Below are positions 15,152 to 24,099 of a DNA stretch of 64,000 bases, in pieces. The notes below the pieces were generated by a model. That model did not search any database. It was not told the origin of the DNA and worked only from the letters and a program-made list of their open reading frames with translations. Location: positions 12,221 through 76,220 of the IMG/VR virus record IMGVR_UViG_3300044796_000056. The stretch is one strand, 5' to 3'. This DNA is from a virus. The stretch's first letter is position 1, and every line of letters begins with the position of its first letter. Position numbers and translations under genes: made by a program.

Positions 15152-15541
15152 ATGAACCACAGGAACCGGCTTGAACAACAAGGTGATTGTATGACTTTCG
15201 AGGAATGGTGGGACTTTACATACGTCCGCAAGGGTTTCATGGGAGACCAACCAGGTGTCATGGGCGCGGCCTTCAAAGAGGTCGCCGAGAAAGCCTGGGA
15301 CGCGGCACTTAGTATGGACGCTCAGCAACCGTTGCCACCACGGCAAGGTGCGATCGTCAAGTGGGTGGCACATCATGACTATGTGCCGCCACCAGGTGAC
15401 GCGCGCAACGAGCGATCCCTGGTTTTTATTGGAGAAATACCCAACATGCCAGGCCATGGTGTCTTTGCCGGTGGATCAGGAAAGATGCACATAGGCTACC
15501 ACATCAACGAGTTCGTTGAGTTAACAGAGGATGAAGTATGA
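15152..15541 (+). CDS. Hypothetical protein
   Basis: ORF in operon; start may be downstream. Confidence 0.6.
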   Translation: MNHRNRLEQQGDCMTFEEWWDFTYVRKGFMGDQPGVMGAAFKEVAEKAWDAALSMDAQQPLPPRQGAIVKWVAHHDYVPPPGDARNERSLVFIGEIPNMPGHGVFAGGSGKMHIGYHINEFVELTEDEV

Positions 15542-15753
15542 GTCAAAATCAATCCAGCACTGGCGGTTCCGCTAGCGCTACTGGTGGAAGCAGTGAATCG
15601 AGCTCTAGCTCGTATTCATCCACCACTACCTATTACGGCCATGGTGTCTCCCCGACCCAATGCCCTGAGATCAGTGCCAGCGGTGCAGCTGCCGGGCTGA
15701 CGATCCTTTTGATGGGTCTTGCCATCGCCATGGGTCGCCGTAGGAAGGTCTAA
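15538..15753 (+). CDS. Small Ser-rich protein with PEP-CTERM/VPEID-CTERM-like tail
   Basis: PEISASG, TM helix, GRRRK. Confidence 0.6.
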   Translation: MSQNQSSTGGSASATGGSSESSSSSYSSTTTYYGHGVSPTQCPEISASGAAAGLTILLMGLAIAMGRRRKV

Positions 15754-15992
15754 TGAAAGTCCCTTCACCAGCAGCGGTTATACTCGCCCGTAAGGGTAAT
15801 GACGCCAATGTTCCTGTCCTAGATCGGATGGTGGCACTCGCCACACTTGGGGCCATGGCCGAGGCCGGTGAAGTCTTCATTGAAGTCCCAGACGACTTGA
15901 TCCTGGCCGTGCGCCTATCATCTCCAAAGGAAGACAAACCCAAGGAAGAATACGTTTGGCGAAATGGTGCGTGGGTCAAGAAACGGTACTAG
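15753..15992 (+). CDS. Hypothetical protein
   Basis: TAATG coupling; TAG stop inside cassette F. Confidence 0.6.
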   Translation: MKVPSPAAVILARKGNDANVPVLDRMVALATLGAMAEAGEVFIEVPDDLILAVRLSSPKEDKPKEEYVWRNGAWVKKRY

Positions 15993-16062
15993 TTAACGTT
16001 TTCAAAAGATTGTTCGTAATTAAGTTAAATCAGCACCCTAAGTGCTAGATTTGGCGTATAAT
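15984..16062 (+). promoter_or_regulatory. Repeated early promoter cassette, copy F
   Basis: Near-identical to copies B and C. Confidence 0.85.
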
Positions 16063-16069
16063 AGTCTTC

Positions 16070-16240
16070 ATGAAATACAGAATCTATTGGACGAATTTCG
16101 GCTACTACAGCCAGGACGAATTCACCACTCTGGCCGAAGCCATCGCCTACGGCAAAAGCAAGTGTTTCGAGTTCCAAATCTCCCACGACTGTAACGTCGT
16201 CGCTTCCTGGTCGCCGATCGGCGGTCTGAGGACTATCTAA
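16070..16240 (+). CDS. Early hypothetical protein (56 aa)
   Basis: MKYRIYWTNFG..., ATG 7 nt after TATAAT. Confidence 0.65.
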   Translation: MKYRIYWTNFGYYSQDEFTTLAEAIAYGKSKCFEFQISHDCNVVASWSPIGGLRTI

Positions 16241-16241
16241 G

Positions 16242-16904
16242 ATGAACACTCCTGTGTACACTGACCAGCAGCTGGTCCTCCAGTCTCTCCTCGAATCTGG
16301 TCTTGTGCCGGCTTGGCGTCAAGACTTCGCTCGCAGCATCTCGCTGGAGCCGCGCCTCTCGCCCAAGCAGGCCATGTGGTTGGACAAGATCGTCACCGAG
16401 GTCTGTAATGCTCCTCCGGCTGCGGCTCCGATCAACGGTAACTTTGACGCCATCTTCAACATGTTCGCGACCGCCAGCAAACATCTGAAATTCCCCAAGG
16501 TCCAGTTGGATTCTGATGTCGGTCACGTGAAACTGTCTGTGGCTTCCAAGAATGCCAAGTATCCCGGTTCGATCAGCATCGTCCTGGACGGTTCGCGCGG
16601 TTTCGTTGGTCGCATTCGGTTGGATGGTACGGTTGACATCAATCGCCAGGGCACGGACATCAGCCAAGAGATCATCGCTTTCCTGGTCGAGTTCAACAAG
16701 GATCCGGTCAAGATGTCGGTCGAGCAGGGCAAGCTTCACAGCCGCTGCTGCTTCTGCGCCTTGCCGTTGAAGACCCAGGAGAGCCTCGCGGTCGGCTACG
16801 GTGACGTCTGTGCCAAGCACTGGGGTTTGCCGTGGGGTAAGAAGAAGATCACGGATCCTGAGATCCTTGAGGCTGCTCATCTTACCTTTCAACGGGTGAA
16901 ATAA
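16242..16904 (+). CDS. Protein with C-terminal Zn-binding motif (DUF6011-like)
   Basis: CCFC..PL...ES...GYG.VCAKHW. Confidence 0.7.
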   Translation: MNTPVYTDQQLVLQSLLESGLVPAWRQDFARSISLEPRLSPKQAMWLDKIVTEVCNAPPAAAPINGNFDAIFNMFATASKHLKFPKVQLDSDVGHVKLSVASKNAKYPGSISIVLDGSRGFVGRIRLDGTVDINRQGTDISQEIIAFLVEFNKDPVKMSVEQGKLHSRCCFCALPLKTQESLAVGYGDVCAKHWGLPWGKKKITDPEILEAAHLTFQRVK

Positions 16905-17055
16905 TGACGCAGGTTCAACTCCGCAACCGGCGCTCGATCATCGTGAACGAGCTCACCAAGATGTCATACGACGGTTGGCACAAATACAAGGGTGTGGACT
17001 ATCTGCCTTTGGAAGCAGAGCTCCGTCAGATTGAACCCAAGATTCATAGGAACAG

Positions 17056-17565
17056 ATGAGTCTGAAATTCACTCCGCTCTTTCTTTTGGGTTCCTATGCG
17101 TTCGCAGGGACGCCGGATACCTATGTCCGTTCTGATTCTCCTGCTTTCGATACCCTGAATCAAGCAGCCCAGGCCGCGCTCCAAAATGCCGTCTATGACT
17201 CTAGGATGCAGGGTTTCGAGTATGGTGGAGCTATCATACAGGTAGACAATAAATTCTACTACACATACCCGGTGACGATTGGAGATCCGCTCAAGGTGGA
17301 GTTTACAATCAAATTCCATCACACGGATAAACTGGTGGGTTTGTATCATACGCACCCTGAAAATAGGTCGAGCCTAGATGTCTGCGATACAACACGGTTC
17401 TCTAATGAGGACATAGTGATGGCCAGACAGTTGAAGGTTCCTTCCTATATCTGGGTAGAGAAGACCAACAGTTATCGGGTTTTCTTACCAGGTCAAAGCA
17501 TCACGTCCCTAATAAGGAATGAACATGATGTCTTGGAATACACGTCAATAGGACAAGCTATATGA
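17056..17565 (+). CDS. JAB-like metalloprotein (DUF4329-like) with signal peptide
   Basis: EYGG...YHTHP...FSNED motif. Confidence 0.7.
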   Translation: MSLKFTPLFLLGSYAFAGTPDTYVRSDSPAFDTLNQAAQAALQNAVYDSRMQGFEYGGAIIQVDNKFYYTYPVTIGDPLKVEFTIKFHHTDKLVGLYHTHPENRSSLDVCDTTRFSNEDIVMARQLKVPSYIWVEKTNSYRVFLPGQSITSLIRNEHDVLEYTSIGQAI

Positions 17566-17691
17566 GCATCCGCATTATCTGGCCTGAGAATAAAAGAGTC
17601 TCAGATATGCAGATCACTATTTGGTTCGAAGACATTCGGGCTCTGGCGGATGCCGCTTAACTCTTAAGATAGAACAGAGTATAATTGATAC

Positions 17692-18579
17692 ATGGATGAA
17701 TTGCGTGAGTTCGTTGAGAACAACCCTAAGCTGGTGACTCGTCGTGAGTCTGTCCGGTATCCGGGTCTATACGTCATCAAATACACCCGAAAGGTGTTCT
17801 ACGATGCTCTCTGGAATGACGTTCTAGAAGAGTGTCGAGGTCTTGTTGTCGATGCGGAATGGAACCGCGTCGTCAATCCCTTCCGAAAGATCTACAATCG
17901 CGGCGAGCGGGGAACGGATTTCCCGCTTGACGAGCCGGTGGTAGCCGTCCAGAAAGTCAATGGCTTCATGGCGGGAGCAACTTACATTGAAGGATATGGA
18001 GTCGTGGTGTCAACTACCGGCTCCCTGGACTCACCATTTGTGGAGATCGCGGAACGTCATCTGCGGTCCAAGATTTGTAATTGGATAGACAAGGTTGGTC
18101 ACAAGATCACTTGGCTATTCGAGATTTGTGATCCCTCTGACCCGCACATCATCCAGGAGACTCCTGGCGCCTATCTAATAGGCGCGCGTTACGTGACCGG
18201 TGATATGATGTCAGAGGGAGCGCTAGATTCTATGGCTCCTGGTATGGGTGCAATGCGGCCTAACCATCTGCGTATACCGTTCGAGTCCGTCCTGTTGGCT
18301 ATGACCAACTGCCGACTCGAAGGCTTTGTGGTTCACTCCCATCGCCTGCAGAAGTCACTGAAGATCAAGTCACCATACTATTTGGTGACCAAGTTCCTTG
18401 CTCGTATGCGGGCGGAACGTTTCCTGGAGCGGATCAATGATCCAAAGCTGCGGGAGACCGTCGATGAGGAGTTCTACCCTCTGTTGGACCATTTATGGGC
18501 CAACCAGATATCATTCAACCTACTAAACGATGAGCAGGCCAAGATTGCCGTCATCCGTAAATTCTTGGAGACTATGTAA
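17692..18579 (+). CDS. RNA ligase (T4 Rnl1-like)
   Basis: ECRG, KVNG, FEI, EGFVV, KIKSPYY. Confidence 0.88.
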   Translation: MDELREFVENNPKLVTRRESVRYPGLYVIKYTRKVFYDALWNDVLEECRGLVVDAEWNRVVNPFRKIYNRGERGTDFPLDEPVVAVQKVNGFMAGATYIEGYGVVVSTTGSLDSPFVEIAERHLRSKICNWIDKVGHKITWLFEICDPSDPHIIQETPGAYLIGARYVTGDMMSEGALDSMAPGMGAMRPNHLRIPFESVLLAMTNCRLEGFVVHSHRLQKSLKIKSPYYLVTKFLARMRAERFLERINDPKLRETVDEEFYPLLDHLWANQISFNLLNDEQAKIAVIRKFLETM

Positions 18580-18733
18580 TGACTAAAGCCGAATTGAAGA
18601 AGAAAATGGAAGATTTCATCCAATCACAAGATAACCGTGATAGAGATGAAGCATATGGGACTGATCGAACATTCGCAATATCAGTGCTGAAAGAATTTGC
18701 CGAAACTATCAACATAGAATTGGGAGTGGAATA

Positions 18734-19354
18734 ATGGATAAGTCTTTGATGCCTGTTGGTTTGGGTATGATTCCTGCCGTCATCGAATCCGGTGCGCGCG
18801 GTGAACGAACTTATGACATCTATTCACGCTTGATGCGTGAACGGGTCGTCTTTCTGGTTGGACCTATCGACGACTGGTGCGCCAACGTGCTGGTCGCCCA
18901 GCTGCTGTATTTGGAGCATGAGAGTCCTGAGCAGACCATCAGTCTCTACATCAATTCTCCAGGCGGCTCAGTAACATCAGGTCTGGCAATCTATGACACG
19001 ATGAAGTTCATCCGCGCACCCATCAGCACGATCTGTATCGGTGAGGCGGCAAGCATGGGAGCATTCATCCTGGCGTCAGGTACTAAGGGCAAGCGCTTCA
19101 TTCTACCCAACGCCGAGGTTATGATTCACCAGCTGTCCGCCGGTTTCGCCGGTCAGGGAACCGACATCGCTATCCACGCGGCTATGATTGCTCGCACCAA
19201 AGCGAAGCTGAACCGCATCATGGCGACCGAAACTGGTCACACTGCAGAAGAGGTAGAGAAGGCTTCTGAGCGTGATAATTTCTTGACCGCTGAAGAGGCT
19301 TTGGGTTTTGGTATCGTTGACCGAATCGTGACGAGAGCTCCTTCTGAAGACTAA
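18734..19354 (+). CDS. clpP: ATP-dependent Clp protease proteolytic subunit
   Basis: YDIYSRL, YINSPGG, AASMGA (Ser), MIHQ (His), ERD. Confidence 0.97.
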   Translation: MDKSLMPVGLGMIPAVIESGARGERTYDIYSRLMRERVVFLVGPIDDWCANVLVAQLLYLEHESPEQTISLYINSPGGSVTSGLAIYDTMKFIRAPISTICIGEAASMGAFILASGTKGKRFILPNAEVMIHQLSAGFAGQGTDIAIHAAMIARTKAKLNRIMATETGHTAEEVEKASERDNFLTAEEALGFGIVDRIVTRAPSED

Positions 19355-19363
19355 ATATAGAAA

Positions 19364-19426
19364 ACGTTAACGAGTACCGTTAATAAGTTAAATTCGACTT
19401 GACTTCTCGTACAGATTAGGTATAAT
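19364..19426 (+). promoter_or_regulatory. Early promoter cassette variant G
   Basis: Inverted GTTAACGAGTACC, TAAGTTAAAT, TTGACT-17-TATAAT. Confidence 0.7.
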
Positions 19427-19433
19427 AGTTCAT

Positions 19434-19610
19434 ATGTTTAAAGTGATTGTTTTGATCCATATCATAGCCAGCGGGCACGTCGATATAGTAGAGACTATTA
19501 TGCCCGTTCAGACATATGAGAGAGCACAGCAAGTTTGCGCTTATCAACTGCACCAAATTCAGCCCGCAGTAGGAACGTATCTTACATGTGATATAGAAGG
19601 AATAAGTTGA
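19434..19610 (+). CDS. Small hypothetical protein
   Basis: ATG 7 nt after TATAAT. Confidence 0.55.
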   Translation: MFKVIVLIHIIASGHVDIVETIMPVQTYERAQQVCAYQLHQIQPAVGTYLTCDIEGIS

Positions 19611-20127
19611 ACTATTCCCTTCATTATAAACGGTTGGTAACGAGGTCTCCTCAGAGGAAACCCAAGGAGGGTTACTTTGAACGGCACCATATCGTCCCGA
19701 AGTGTATGGATGGATCAGATTTGGTTTCCAATCTGGTCTATCTAACACCAGAAGAACACTATGTCGCTCATCAGTTGCTGGTAAAGATGTATCCGGAAAT
19801 CTGGGATTGATACGAGCCGCTAACGTGATGAATAAGGGTAGCGGTAACAGTAAAACATATGGTTGGCTTCGACGGCAACTTAGCTCGGCGCAAACAGGTA
19901 GCAAGAATCATATGTTTGGGGTTAGAGTATTTGGAAAAGTCAATCCTAATTTCGGTCGTAAATGGTCTGAAGAAAAGAAACAGGCTATGAGCGCCCTAAA
20001 GAAAGGTTGTCGTGATAGTAGTGAAACGAAAGCAAAGAAGAGTAAGTCTAAGAGCGCCACCCATAGGGCGAACATAGCCAAGAGCAAGTTAGGTAATATA
20101 AATGGCTTCAAGCGGAAAGTAGCATGA
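19607..20127 (+). pseudogene. HNH homing endonuclease with NUMOD-like tail, frameshifted near 19795
   Basis: ERHHIVPKC..GSD..NLV.LTPEEHYVAHQLL continues in another frame with YGWLR and basic repeats. Confidence 0.8.
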
Positions 20128-20693
20128 GTATCTGGTTCACGAGCGATTTGCATTTTTCTCATAAGAATATAGCCAAGTTCTGTCCGAAGACTCGACCGCA
20201 TTCTGATCCTATGGAAATGGACAACCATATGATTAATCGCTGGAATACTCAAGTTAAACCAGAAGATACGGTTTGGGCACTCGGAGATATTTTCTTCTGC
20301 CAGGCCGACCGGGCCAAGACCATCATGGAGCGCCTGAATGGGCACAAGCATCTGGTCTACGGCAACCACGACCAAGTGATACGCGGAGACAAGGTCCTTC
20401 AGGGCATGTTCGACTCAATCCATGAGTACAAGGAAATACACGTTGACGGCAACATGTTGTGCTTGTTCCATTATCCTATCTATGAGTGGAACAAGATCCA
20501 CCACAACGCCATCCACTTACATGGTCACATCCATGAGCGGTTGAGCGGCGTGCCGGGCAAGATCTTGAACGTCTGTGTTGACTCACCTACGTTCGGTGAC
20601 GGCTCTTATTCTTTGTACCACAGTGACATCGTTTTGGCGGCGGCTAGGAAGTTGCCTGAGCGTCCTCATGGTTCAGCCGGGAAGACACAATAA
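20124..20693 (+). CDS. Calcineurin-like metallophosphoesterase
   Basis: SDLHF, LGD, GNHD, HGHIH. Confidence 0.93.
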   Translation: MSIWFTSDLHFSHKNIAKFCPKTRPHSDPMEMDNHMINRWNTQVKPEDTVWALGDIFFCQADRAKTIMERLNGHKHLVYGNHDQVIRGDKVLQGMFDSIHEYKEIHVDGNMLCLFHYPIYEWNKIHHNAIHLHGHIHERLSGVPGKILNVCVDSPTFGDGSYSLYHSDIVLAAARKLPERPHGSAGKTQ

Positions 20694-21292
20694 TGGCACG
20701 ACGTAATTACATGGTGGACGTTGAGACCCTGGACGTGGAAAGTACGTCCGTGGTCCTCTCCTGCGCCATCATCGAGTTCAGCCTGGATGAAGTTCCAGAC
20801 TATCAGAAGATCTTCGGCCGCGCTCTCTTTGTCAAGTTTGACGTGGAAGAGCAGGTCGCCAAGTTTAAGCGCACGATCAAGAAGAGCACTCTTGAGTGGT
20901 GGGCGACTCAGCCTCTGAGCACCCGCACAAAGAGTTTGGTGCCGTCAACCTTTGATGTGGATGCGGCTACCGGCTTACAGATGATTCGCGACTATGCGGA
21001 CCTGGACTCCAATTCTGACAAGAACCGGAACGTCAAGTTCTGGGCACGTGGTATCCTTGACCAGAGCACTCTGGATAGCCTGAGCAACGCAACGAGCGGT
21101 GATATCCTGGTCCCGTACAACAATTGGTTTGATGTACGCACGTTCTTGTTCGCTCTGTACGAGAGTGAGAGCGGCTACATTACAGTGCCTGGTTTCGACC
21201 ACAGGAACGTGGTCACCAAGCACGACCCGGTGCATGACTGTGCCAACGATTTGATGATGATTTTGAGTGGCAATTTGCCCAAGGCAGAATAA
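20693..21292 (+). CDS. dexA: 3'-5' exonuclease, DexA-like
   Basis: DVETL, WW..Q, WARG..D, HDPVHDC. Confidence 0.8.
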   Translation: MARRNYMVDVETLDVESTSVVLSCAIIEFSLDEVPDYQKIFGRALFVKFDVEEQVAKFKRTIKKSTLEWWATQPLSTRTKSLVPSTFDVDAATGLQMIRDYADLDSNSDKNRNVKFWARGILDQSTLDSLSNATSGDILVPYNNWFDVRTFLFALYESESGYITVPGFDHRNVVTKHDPVHDCANDLMMILSGNLPKAE

Positions 21293-21293
21293 G

Positions 21294-21794
21294 TTGAAGT
21301 ATTTGTTTCTGGACATCGACGGTGTCCTCAATAATTATCCATGGTATGAAAAGATGTACAAGGAGAATCCTCCTTCCATCCGTAATAACATGACACCTGA
21401 AGAGCGCGCCCTGATTGACTTTGATCCGGCCAACGTTGCTCAGCTGGAACGCATCGTCGTTTCTCAACCAGACCTTTGGATCATCATATCTTCTTCCTGG
21501 CGTCGTCTCCATTCTTTGGCCGAAATACGCGGCTACATAATCAATAAGGGTGGAATAGAAGCCGGCAAGCGTGTCAAGGATAAGACGACCCACCAGCCGG
21601 CATTGTTCAAGATTCGCGGTCAAGAGATCAATCACTGGTTGGAGAATTATTCCGACGAGCCGCACCCTTATGTAATCTTGGATGACGACAGTGACATGCT
21701 TCCTGAACAGAAAGCCGGTCATTTTGTACAGACACATTATTTGGGTGGACTAACACCGGAATTGGCAGACGAAGCCATCAAGATCTTAGGGTAG
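21294..21794 (+). CDS. HAD phosphatase (RNA-repair associated HAD family)
   Basis: FLDIDGVLN, ISSSWR, RG.EI..W, VILDD; start approximate. Confidence 0.88.
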   Translation: MKYLFLDIDGVLNNYPWYEKMYKENPPSIRNNMTPEERALIDFDPANVAQLERIVVSQPDLWIIISSSWRRLHSLAEIRGYIINKGGIEAGKRVKDKTTHQPALFKIRGQEINHWLENYSDEPHPYVILDDDSDMLPEQKAGHFVQTHYLGGLTPELADEAIKILG

Positions 21795-21829
21795 ATATAC
21801 TCTTAAGGTTGAACGGAGTATAATAAGTT

Positions 21830-22015
21830 ATGTGGAAGAATTTCAAAGAATTCCTTGATCGTGAACAGAAAGTCGTCGGCGTAGTCGGCAACTTCTTGGT
21901 ACCATTCACCATAGGTTACTTACTCAACTCCGTCATGACGATTCACAATTGGCGGTTTTGGGTTATCATTGTTTTAGTATTGGCGTATCGAGGCACTAGA
22001 GGCAAAAATGGCTAA
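21830..22015 (+). CDS. Small membrane protein
   Basis: Two hydrophobic segments. Confidence 0.6.
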   Translation: MWKNFKEFLDREQKVVGVVGNFLVPFTIGYLLNSVMTIHNWRFWVIIVLVLAYRGTRGKNG

Positions 22016-22415
22016 GCAGACTCAATCTTTTCGTTTATTCCAGCTGCTAAAGAGCGGCGAACCGGTCAAGACTCAGGTTTTGTCCGAGACTCTGAAGATC
22101 CATATCTTCTCAGTGCCGGTCTACATCCATGAACTGAAGAACCAGTTCAAGGCTGAGATCAAGTCCATCCGCGAAGGCCGCAAGGTTGTTGCGTATCAGC
22201 TGATCAACGCCGACAAGGTAAAGGTGCCAGAGTTCCGCAAGAACAGCTATGGTGAAGTGCCAAAGGCTAAGACCAGCGTCGTGCAGTCCATTGCCGAGGA
22301 ACTGGAGTCAGCCAACACTGGTGTGGTCGGCGAGCGCGAGTTCGCGGACATTAAGTCCAGTCTTGGTCTTGGCGGCGGCTTTGGTGGCTTTGGTAATACC
22401 GGCAGCGACTACTAA
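22008..22415 (+). CDS. Putative winged-helix DNA-binding protein
   Basis: N-terminal HTH-like pattern followed by beta hairpin. Confidence 0.55.
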   Translation: MAKQTQSFRLFQLLKSGEPVKTQVLSETLKIHIFSVPVYIHELKNQFKAEIKSIREGRKVVAYQLINADKVKVPEFRKNSYGEVPKAKTSVVQSIAEELESANTGVVGEREFADIKSSLGLGGGFGGFGNTGSDY

Positions 22416-22603
22416 TGCTGTTGGCGCAGACCGCCAGAGGCATCCTAAGCGGGGATATCGGTGCCACGTTTCAAGACAAGATTGAAGCGTACAAATTCTA
22501 CAACGACAACTTCATGTTGGGAGAGCTAACACCATCCCAAACAGAAGAGTTCAGAACACTGGTTGAGGGTGGAATAATCGAAGTTCCTGCTTTCCAGTCA
22601 TAA
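22415..22603 (+). CDS. Hypothetical protein
   Basis: Coupled ORF. Confidence 0.55.
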   Translation: MLLAQTARGILSGDIGATFQDKIEAYKFYNDNFMLGELTPSQTEEFRTLVEGGIIEVPAFQS

Positions 22604-22785
22604 TGGCACGCAAGGTAGAATACATCGTCATAGACGATTACGGGGACGATTGGGAAGAAGGTTCAATTGCTTTCGGACCATTCGATACACGAGAAGAAGC
22701 AGATGAACAAGCCGAGGCAGAGAATTATCACTCTGCTTCCATCGTCAAGGTGGTAAACGGTAAGCGTGTGGAGCAATTACGATGA
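22603..22785 (+). CDS. Hypothetical acidic protein
   Basis: Coupled ORF. Confidence 0.6.
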   Translation: MARKVEYIVIDDYGDDWEEGSIAFGPFDTREEADEQAEAENYHSASIVKVVNGKRVEQLR

Positions 22786-23186
22786 TTTACCAATTTAAAT
22801 TACTTCAACCACAAGAGTACGCGGGCCAAACCCTACCTATCGGCACGATCATCGAGATAGAGATGAAGTATGCCGAATACGATGAGTTCTTCAAGGACAA
22901 TGAAAAGACCCTTGAACGTTACATCGGCACGGCTCCTTCTGTGGTTTGGGATGGTGTCCATTACGGCACCACAACATCTGATCGAGCCAGCGATGGCTTC
23001 AAGGAAGTCCTGGCCAAGATCGGTGAGAATCATCCATCCAGTCCTCTGGCCGACCGGTTCCGCAAGAACAAGACCATCAAAGAGATCAGGACCAAAGAGA
23101 CGGTCAAGAAGCATCGCGACAAGGCAGCTAAGGCCGCCAAAGATGCGGTATCCAAGCGCAAGGGTAAGATGTGGGATAGACCTTGA
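22782..23186 (+). CDS. T4-like conserved protein (FmdB-like)
   Basis: SDGFKEVLAKI...HP.S motif. Confidence 0.6.
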   Translation: MIYQFKLLQPQEYAGQTLPIGTIIEIEMKYAEYDEFFKDNEKTLERYIGTAPSVVWDGVHYGTTTSDRASDGFKEVLAKIGENHPSSPLADRFRKNKTIKEIRTKETVKKHRDKAAKAAKDAVSKRKGKMWDRP

Positions 23187-23896
23187 TCTTCACCCATAGC
23201 TTCGTAGAGGCTCCTCCCCTGCCGGTAGAGACGGCTGCTGATGGTGTACGACATTACGTCACACCTGCCGGCAACCAATACGAGAGCGTGACTACGTTCA
23301 TCTCCCGTCATTGGGACAAGGCTTTCTTAGAGGCATGGAAGAAGCGTATCGGTGAGGCTAAGGCCAACAGTGAGAGCGCCAGAGCAAGGAACCGAGGCAG
23401 TATCTTACACAAGAGCATTGAGCACTATCTGCGCAATGAAGAATTGGATCTAAGAAAGACGCTATCAGCACATGTGCTGACGAAGACTCTCTTCATCCAG
23501 GTCAAGCCTCTACTAAACCGGATCAATAACATTCGGCTGATTGAAAAACCACTTTGGAGCGACGAGTTAAAGCTAGCCGGTACTCCTGACACGATTGCAG
23601 ATTTTGATGGCTTGCTTTCCACGATTGACTTTAAGGGGAGCACGCGAGACAAGAAAGAAGAGTACATTACAACGTATTGGTTGCAGTGCGCAATCTACAA
23701 CACGATGTACAATGAGCGCTATGGTGAGATGCCTAGCCAGTCTGTGATTATTATGGCGGTTGAGGATAACCCTCAACCGCATTTGTTTGTTGAACCTTCT
23801 TACAAGGGTCTCCAGCGGCTCCAAGAGTTCGTAGAAGACCCGGTGAAGTTTCAAGCCGATTTGGTGAAAGCAAAGAAAGCAGTGGCCAAGAAATGA
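23183..23896 (+). CDS. PD-(D/E)XK exonuclease (Cas4/RecB-like)
   Basis: Y.SVTT, RG...H, E..L, AGT.D, IDFK, Q...Y. Confidence 0.88.
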   Translation: MIFTHSFVEAPPLPVETAADGVRHYVTPAGNQYESVTTFISRHWDKAFLEAWKKRIGEAKANSESARARNRGSILHKSIEHYLRNEELDLRKTLSAHVLTKTLFIQVKPLLNRINNIRLIEKPLWSDELKLAGTPDTIADFDGLLSTIDFKGSTRDKKEEYITTYWLQCAIYNTMYNERYGEMPSQSVIIMAVEDNPQPHLFVEPSYKGLQRLQEFVEDPVKFQADLVKAKKAVAKK

Positions 23897-24099
23897 ACCA
23901 TTATCATGATCAGTTTCCTTTCAGGATTCAACTGAACCGGGATTACTATCCAAAGATATCGGAGATCTACCAGCAACTTCGTACGTTCGGTGAAATAGGC
24001 GGCGAGTGGACGGCATATGATATGTTCGGGTATCAGCATATCTACTTCAAGAAGGAAGAAGATTTGAAGAACTTCCAGGAATGGGTCAAGACGCTGTGA
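23893..24099 (+). CDS. Hypothetical protein
   Basis: ATGA coupling. Confidence 0.6.
   Translation: MNHYHDQFPFRIQLNRDYYPKISEIYQQLRTFGEIGGEWTAYDMFGYQHIYFKKEEDLKNFQEWVKTL

Noticed and set aside
10323-16062. Repeats as a CRISPR array or attC cassettes
   Set aside because: Units are degenerate, spaced by whole genes and contain -10 boxes; no cas operon or integrase in the window.
23183-23896. CRISPR Cas4
   Set aside because: No Fe-S cysteines and no cas context; a common solo phage exonuclease.
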